Below are positions 48,744-64,000 of a stretch of DNA of 64,000 nt, in pieces. Position numbers and translations under genes: made by a program. Origin of the DNA: Tubiluchus corallicola (taxonomy: Eukaryota > Animalia > Priapulida); contig JAQGDQ010000115.1 in assembly GCA_030141605.1 (NCBI GenBank), positions 310,001 through 374,000 on the forward strand. The letters run 5' to 3'. The notes beneath the pieces are model-generated. The model ran no database searches. It worked only from the letters and a program-made list of their open reading frames with translations, and was not told the origin of the DNA. Position 1 is the first letter of the stretch, and each line of letters starts with the position of its first letter.

Positions 48744-51097
48744 TTTACTTACTGGAGAGACTTAGTCAAATCTTTCAAGCACTACAACTACACAGTAAAA
48801 CCATGCACAGAACCTTGAAGCATTACAGTAGATATGCAGAAGCAGAAAACCTAACCATTAGCAACACCGCCCAAGTGCTGCACCCTGTAGACTAAATAAA
48901 TAATTTAATTTGACAGTGATCAATAATGAACGTTACACTTATGAAGGTTACGGACATGCAGAAATTGTTAACTTATTTATGAAGGTAATTAATTTATAAT
49001 TAGTTGATTAAGTTACACAATGCTAGCCAGCAAAAACCCTAAAACAACTACAATTATAGTAAATTAAAATAAGTGCTACAGCTAATAATGTTTCACTCAC
49101 GAAGAGACTTTAATTTCCCCACAAGAAAAAATATTCATTACTACATAAGATACTTTACTGCTCACCTTAAACTATTATTTATACTTTGCACCTACGCAAA
49201 ATTATTCCTGAAGAAAAATCTGTAAGTTAAAAACCACTAGTGATTTTTTGCATTTCAGTGTGGCTTTCATTGATTTCTAATATGCTAGCGGCAGGCCACA
49301 ATTTCATACAGCTGCAACTTTGTTGCGATTTGAGCGAACTTCTAGATAATTTCGTGCAATATTTGCCACTTTTTGCAAATTTTGGGCTTTTTTCTCAGAG
49401 CGAAAACCATAAGAATGTTGCCCAAAACTCGCATGATTTGCACATGTTTAGTGACTTGTGCGACAAGGCCAATGTTACACGGCATTCACGTGAGTATAAC
49501 GCGATCACCTCGCGAAATTTCACAGAGTTTTCATGGAAAAAAGTGTGGAAAAAGCAGAGCTTTTCCAAAGTGTCACCAAAATGTTAGAAAATAGTCAAAA
49601 ACTTGTCACAGCATTCTGAAAGGTATGTGGACATGTTCTCCCAAGTTTTTGTGGATTTTGAAACTGTTGAGCAATTTCATCAATAACTGGCAACACACAG
49701 TTTCCCGCTGAAGCCAGCAAGTTTTTAGTGACAATAGTGAATACCAGCCCATGTTTTTGCAACTATTTGGGGAACATTTGGAGTATAATTAGTGAATTTT
49801 GAGTTTAGACCGAAATCGTGAGCCTCACAGAACCATGGCTTAAGCACCACACAAGCTTTAGATAAATTGCTAACTTAAGTGGTGATGCAAAAAACGACTT
49901 TAAACGAAATGCGATAAGTGATGAAGCCATATCCTATATTCCTGTGGAAATAATTTAACTCTGTAGTAAAGTATTCCAATGAAAAATTATCAGTGTTGGC
50001 ATCTACTTTTTAACAAAATAAAAAATCAACTAGGCTAGTACAGTGGCTAAACAATTGGCACAAAATTACTACTAATTTTGTAGTTATTTCTTACAGTGCA
50101 GTGTAATGTGATTTTGTTAAGTTTTAAGCCTAGCACACATATGGAGGGTAGAAAATAAGAAACTTCAAACAAATATTTTTTCCACTCGTCCTGCAGTAGT
50201 TTTATGCTCTTCTGTACTTGCACGTGCACATGGAAAGTTTCACAAAACAACGTTTCTGTTTTTCTCTAATGCACATGGTGACAAGAACATCAAATTCCTT
50301 GGTTTTTGTTTCGTGCTTTTTCAGTGTGCATTAAGGTTTAAACATGTTTGCAACTTTTCTTTCCAGTTTAACCAGACCCTTTCAACAACTTTAATAAAAA
50401 TGAAATAATGGTTGCATGCATGGTAAATGCAGCAAACCTACGTTTGGATGGGTTTGTTTCATTGGACTGTCAGTGAATCAAGTCGACTGCTAACGGCTCT
50501 ATATGGCTGACCGTCTGGTTTTACAAGCCAAGTTTTACACACCTATATTCACAGTAGTAACTTTATGGTCTAAATACTGACCATAAAGTACAGTGGTTGT
50601 TATAGAACAGATTGTAACCCAATAATACTATATCAAATGTTTAGGCCTATATATACTTATATTTTACTGTAAACTAGCTATAGTATAAAGTCAGCAATGA
50701 TTTAGCAATTAAGTGCAGTAATACTAACACAGCATCACAAAACCAAGCTCGTTTTCACTACTAAGTACTAGTGCTACACTAGATTACAACATACACAGCA
50801 AAAATTAACATGCATAAAAAATGTGTAACGTAAGTGATTTGAACTTAAACAAAACGTACTTTGGGGCTGTTCGCTGCAGTGTGTCATCAATTTTTAAATT
50901 ATAAAAATAAAACAAGAATCAAATTTCCACCACGAACAAGTTAGCAACGTAAATACAGCATGTAAACAATCTGGCAAAAGCAACAAGAGTTATGAAACGC
51001 ACCAATTTTAACATTTCCTTTACTCGCTTCGCCATCGTCTCCGAACTTTTAACAGAGCGGATCGGGTGTTGGCATGCGAAAGGCCATAGCCTATAGC

Positions 51098-52414
51098 CAG
51101 GGCACTTTATTTATGACTTTAGTCATAAATTGCATAAATAGCTTATTTAATACTAATTTCAGATTTTATTTATGACTATTTATGACGTGTCAAATTTTGA
51201 CCAAAAATGCCATCCTGAGCTAAAAGAAATACATATTTTTAATCAGAATCTTGTATTTTGCCTTTCTTCGTTCTTCATTACATTAAAATGTAATAAAAAT
51301 GTCTACTTTCATCATTCCAAGGCCTGAAGTTTCTCGTATTGTTTTGCATGCAGGCATCCCTCCAGACTGAAATCCGTGATCGTGTTTATAATAATTATAG
51401 TATCGGTTTTAATTTGTTTAGGATGACCTATAAAATTACTGCTCATAAAAATCAATCTATTAATTAATTCGTACAGTCACAATTCGTAGCCACAATTAGT
51501 ACAAGTAAATAATGTATTTTTTTAAATATCGATTTTAAATTTAATGTTGGAAAATACTATTGGCTATTACATCTTTCTAGGGAACCGTCACGTATGTTTT
51601 CTAATTAAAATTACATTAAGCAAAATAACTAAACAAGAAAAACAGTTAAATTTTAATGACAATGAAGCAACAAATTCTCCCAAAGATAAAATATGCTCAA
51701 ATTCTAGCAGACGGCATTATTCTTATTTCTTGAGGATGAGGCAGTAAGGCACGGGAAACGCTTGCGGCAAACTCGAGCTAAAACCTACACCCAAGCCATT
51801 GACTTACGCCGCTTAGGGGTGAGCATCGAAGTTCGGTTCGATTCGAATTCGAAAGTCACAAATTCGGTTCGATTCGAATTCGCTTTCTGGTAGAGAATGC
51901 TCACCCCTAACGCCGTTAGGATGAGAAAGGCACTGAAATGAACGTGCAAAGAAAAGAATTAGAAGTGTAGATTTCTGTTATTGTGCAGAGCGTAGGTTTG
52001 AGGCGGCAGAACTTTAGGACATTAAAATAGGTAAGCTGTCTTTAATTCAAATTTTCGATGGAACGACAACGATTCTGTCGGTGCCTATTTATTTTTTCGC
52101 GGTAACGCGCTCATTTACTTTTTATTATTTAGGTTGCTTCTAGACGAGTTAATGACAGATAAACGCATCAGTTAGACAGTCTCAGTTACTGTGTTAGTCC
52201 ACCAAACAGTCACGCGCAAGCTTCTTATGGACTGCCTGTGTGTGTGGGAGAGAGAGAGAGAGAGAGAGACGGGGAAACAGTTTTCTGTACTGAATTTTTT
52301 GTTCCATTCATCGGGAAATGATTATTTTTCTTTCGTTATTTATGACAAATTTGAAATCTTATTTATGACTATTTATGACTATTTTGCAAGAAAAGTCATA
52401 AATAAAGTGCCCTG
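51098..52414. mobile_element. Non-autonomous hAT DNA transposon (1317 bp) with perfect TIRs and an 8-bp TSD
   Basis: The TIR CAGGGCACTTTATTTATGACTTT at 51098-51120 has its exact reverse complement at 52392-52414. TSD CCTATAGC at 51090-51097 and 52415-52422. Subterminal TTATGAC repeats at both ends. No transposase ORF. Confidence 0.93.
51814..51909. mobile_element. 96-bp hAT-type MITE nested in the larger hAT element
   Basis: TIRs TAGGGGTGAGCAT and ATGCTCACCCCTA. TSD ACGCCGCT (51806-51813) and ACGCCGTT (51910-51917). Internal direct repeat TTCGGTTCGATTCGAATTCG present twice. Confidence 0.9.
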
Positions 52415-53525
52415 CCTATAGCGCACTCATACGTACTCAGTGACTTGTAATTATTGTATTAAACTAACTTATAACCTTACATAAGTTTTGAATTGCTGTG
52501 AAAGCATTGCCATGTGTAAGTAAAAACTGTCAACTATAGAGTTCGAATTTTTCGTATTTTTCTTGGTGGAAAATACCTGATAAGAAATTTACATAGTTAT
52601 TTAAGAATTTCGTAGGCGAGAGCTTGGAGCTGCATGATACAATATCCTATCTTACCACAGTAGGTTACAGTGTTTAGAGTTTAGACAAATAAATTCAAGT
52701 AAATGGATATAATCTTTGAATGTCATAAACACTCTGTTTACAGCTCGAATTGCTGAAATAAAACTACACACTGTAAAACATTCTCTGTTCAACCTAGGCT
52801 TCATGCATTTAAACACTCTCTGCATCTTAGCAACCCAATGCATAGAGTGTGATCTCAATCTTCACAGCTTTGTGCCTAGTTAGCAACTCCCTGAAACCTC
52901 TTAACAGTTAAGTAATCAGAACTCAACTGTCCCATCTTAACAGCTTGGTGTCACAAACGCAACTCTCCTCACTTGAGCGTTCTGGAATTTAACTGTGTCA
53001 TTTAACGAGTGTCTTATTCAGTGGCGTGATTTCCACATCATCATTCTACTTTAACTGCCATAAACACACTATAATCTGAAATAATAAACTTTGCATTACC
53101 ATTGAATCTTACACAATAATTTCTTAGCAATCTGTACTCGTGAGTCATGTTAGGTTCACGTTGGGCATAACTTCATTGCCCGTTGTGCATCTACACTGAT
53201 GCCCAATTGTCTCGAACTCAACTGAGCTAGTCTGTAGAACCAGCACTCAAGTGCCTGGCACCATGGGTATCTGCTGGGAAAGACGGGCAAACAGGTCACC
53301 TGGCCCTTCTGGATCAATGAGGCCTTCTAACCTGGAGTGAAAGGTTTGGAAATTGAAACTTATAATTAATTACCCGAGGAGCCCAAAAAGCCGCAACAAT
53401 TTTCCTGTCCCTGTCCAAAGGAAGGATAGTACACCATCTCTTGTTCTGAGCCATCCTTTTTAAAAAATCTTAATCACTGAATTACAAAATATAAATAAAT
53501 GTAGCAAACACTAATAAATGAACAC

Positions 53526-53896
53526 TAGGGTGGAACAGACTCGACCAGAAAGTGAACTTGAATCGAATCGAATTTGTAATTTTTGAATTCGAATTGAACT
53601 GAATTTCAGAATTTCGAATTCGTATTGAGTTTGAAAGATTTACAAACAAGTTTTTGAACGCCAGTAAAAAGTGGGTCTTACAGAAATCATGTTACTTGAT
53701 TTTGTTCTGCCGTTGAAACCACTAATAATAATTTAAAAATTGTGCACAGAAATCACAGCTAAATTGTGCAAATTGCATTTGAAAGTTTTAATGATGAAGA
53801 ATGTATGTGGTTGAAGTGTTGAATTAATCGAATCTATAATTTTAGGTTCGAATCGTATTCAAATGTTCGAACTCAAACGTTTGATGCTCAGCCCTA
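53526..53896. mobile_element. hAT-type MITE (TTCGAA-rich family), full-length diverged copy
   Basis: Termini TAGGGTGG...ATGCTCAGCCCTA. Flanks ATGAACAC and CTGAACAG match at 6 of 8 positions (decayed TSD). The body aligns with 24345-24682. Confidence 0.8.
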
Positions 53897-54675
53897 CTGA
53901 ACAGTGGACACATAGTTAAAAAACAACATTTAATAATAATAATAAAAAAATAATAAAATTGAAGATGCCATAAAATAAGTAAATTTCTCTGACTTGATGC
54001 TAGACACAGTACAGATAAATTTATACAATACACTGCATGAGATATACTGCATGCAGGCTAAAATTGGTTTATAAAGTATCTTATAAATTATACAAATTAG
54101 TTGATAAATACATTTACAATTTTTGTTGGGATTGTGCATGTTGTTTGATTTTTCTTTTATTTACATAATTATTTAAAACTGATAATTTATAACTGCATGT
54201 GCTTTCGACATTTTTGTTTTTACAAAGAAATGTATGTCTCATTAGAAATGTATATATATATATATATATTTACACATATAGAAATATATATATATATATA
54301 CATATTTAGTTACTGACTGTGTCCACAGATTGGGATACTGATTATGCATGACCTTTTCCTTTACGATCATTTAAGCATGAAATTAAATTGCATGTTATAT
54401 TATTTTCCTAAGTTCATTGAGTCATTAATCAACGTTGATATTGTTAGTTTTTGGTAACCTTATTTCCGTTCTCTTTAGTTAAAAATTAGAAATTAGCGGT
54501 AATTAGCAGTAATTACTGCACTGCACAATAATAATTTAATACTCGGTTTGGGGTGGCTGATTCGATAACAAATGTTTTTCGCCACCCCTTCCTTTTTGTT
54601 TGGCTTTTCTTATTTATATCTATTTTTATTTATATTGTTATTGGGATGAAAAAATAAACGATTTTGATTTTTTTA

Positions 54676-54680
54676 TGATA

Positions 54681-54758
<78 letters not shown>

Positions 54759-54778
54759 TAATAATAATAATAATAATA
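54676..54778. repeat. Compound (GAT)n(AAT)n microsatellite
   Basis: A GAT run switches to an AAT run at about 54715. Confidence 0.95.
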
Positions 54779-55140
54779 GCAAATATGGAATGAGTTTACA
54801 ATATTCCATGCACTATACCCTATACCTAGCCCTAACTCGAACCTTAAACCTAATCAACCCTAATCCTAATCCGTTTCACGAACTATTTTCTTATGTGTGG
54901 GGAATTGTAAGCTTTAGCCACAAAATATTATTAAAATGTTTTTATAAAGCCAATTAGATATGATAAGGAGTCGCGTAAAAGAGGCGTAATTGCTCATTAT
55001 TAGCAATGTTTGGTGATCGTGGCAAGTTTTCGCATACTGCCGCACAGTCTGCACGAAAAGTCGGAAAGGGCTTTTTCTTACTGTTCACGAGGCGAAGAAG
55101 AAAGCGAAAAATTTTTTAAACTTCTGCTGCATGAGATAAA

Positions 55141-62886
<7,746 letters not shown>

Positions 62887-64000
62887 GTAAGCTCATCTTA
62901 TATTTGTAAATCATGTGCAGCTTTTTGGGTTTTTCTGTGTTGTTAGGAACACTGCAAGCCTGCGTTTGGTACTTACTAGCAACGAGTACTTGATATTAAT
63001 GAGTGTGGCAGGACTGAAATCAAGGATATCTTTAACAATGAGACCCTGAACAAACAGTGGCGTCTTAGCTGTGTTCTGATATGCAGTTAAACCTCAAATG
63101 AACTGACGCCGAATTAACGGACATATCCTGACAATGTGAAATGTTGTAATACATAACTGCAAATGAGGTAGATATAGCAATTACCCCATCATGGAATATG
63201 AAACAGTTTTAACAGATGCAAATTTTATCCTTACATGAGAAAGTGCTTGCAGTAGATCATCCTGGTAAGCCTGCTGCAAGCTGTTTGATTCTGCAGGGCA
63301 AATTTTACCCAGATTTGTGTAAACAGGAGCTTCCTTATAAAATGCCGGTGCAACAACTTTGTGGGCCTGGTACGAGTTAGTTTAATTTACTTCATTTCTT
63401 TTGAGAAAATGTGCTGTTCATCTAAGTTCTCGAAGCAGCCTTCTGGTATGGCATGACAATATTTTCACACTCTCAGAAAATGCCCATGAATCAACGAACA
63501 GTTAACTTTAATGGACCGCCTTTCTCTCCTTTGATTCGAAGGTTAACTGTGTGTTTGTCTGTCCCAATGAAGTAAATAGCCTAAGCACAAGGCATGTAAA
63601 ACAACTCAAAAACAGCATTCCCGGTGGACAGTCATCTATTTGCTGATCAGGATTAGCATTGCTTACATTGCTTGATAACTGCAGACTGTGGACACTCAAA
63701 CAATCCATAATAACAAAGAATTTGAATAACTAAGTAATTATGTTTTTTGAAAAGCACAACTTCCTTTTTTTAAGTTGCTAGAACTCAATAAGTAAGACTG
63801 CAAGTAACCCTAGTTTACCATTACATCTCAGTAATTAGTTAATTAAAACTAACTTTTTCTGAAACCAAGCTTTACGAATGGTGAGTTCATTCCATGATTT
63901 ACTTATATATAGTAACCTTCAAATTCTATTTGATGCTGTTGTAACGTGGCTTCTATGGGTTGTTTACTGGTTTGGCACATTTACCTTATTTAAGTTTTCA

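Noticed and set aside
49240-49594. ORFs 49240-49587 and 49373-49594 as a nested gene
   Set aside because: They show no recognisable protein similarity or splice context and lie in a transposon-like intronic segment.
54815-54872. CCCTAA-like motifs as an interstitial telomere
   Set aside because: The motifs are few and degenerate. Such tracts are common inside invertebrate interspersed repeats.

Overview
AT-rich, intron-rich animal genomic DNA, probably an invertebrate. The 5S-like SINE segments resemble the lophotrochozoan-type 5S sequence, which is only a hint. It is not prokaryotic, so most of the supplied ORF track consists of exon fragments or noise. Four protein-coding genes were reconstructed by hand, exon by exon, with consistent splice phases. 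(1) EIF3A on the minus strand: 18 exons, ATG at 19875, running off the left edge inside an 11-aa [11 protein letters not shown] repeat. (2) A small NCBP2AS2/HIAR-like gene on the plus strand, 25587-25841. (3) A complete cytosolic carboxypeptidase 1 gene (AGTPBP1/CCP1/Nna1-like) on the minus strand: 23 coding exons, about 1187 aa. (4) The 5' part of ZFR (Zn72D-like) on the plus strand, running off the right edge. Introns and intergenic spaces hold decayed CR1/L2-type LINEs, a 5S-rRNA-derived SINE family, hAT-type MITEs and microsatellites. The most notable observations are: a young-looking non-autonomous hAT element (perfect 23-bp TIRs, perfect 8-bp TSD, a nested 96-bp MITE and an internal intron) at the probable CCP1 promoter; an in-frame 14-aa extension or alternative donor in the eIF3a PCI domain; a GC-AG intron; a SNORA19-like H/ACA candidate in an EIF3A intron; a candidate poison exon in ZFR; and a stepwise-mutating RAYRC pentamer array grown from a LINE tail. 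I found no convincing evidence of a wholly new multi-gene system.
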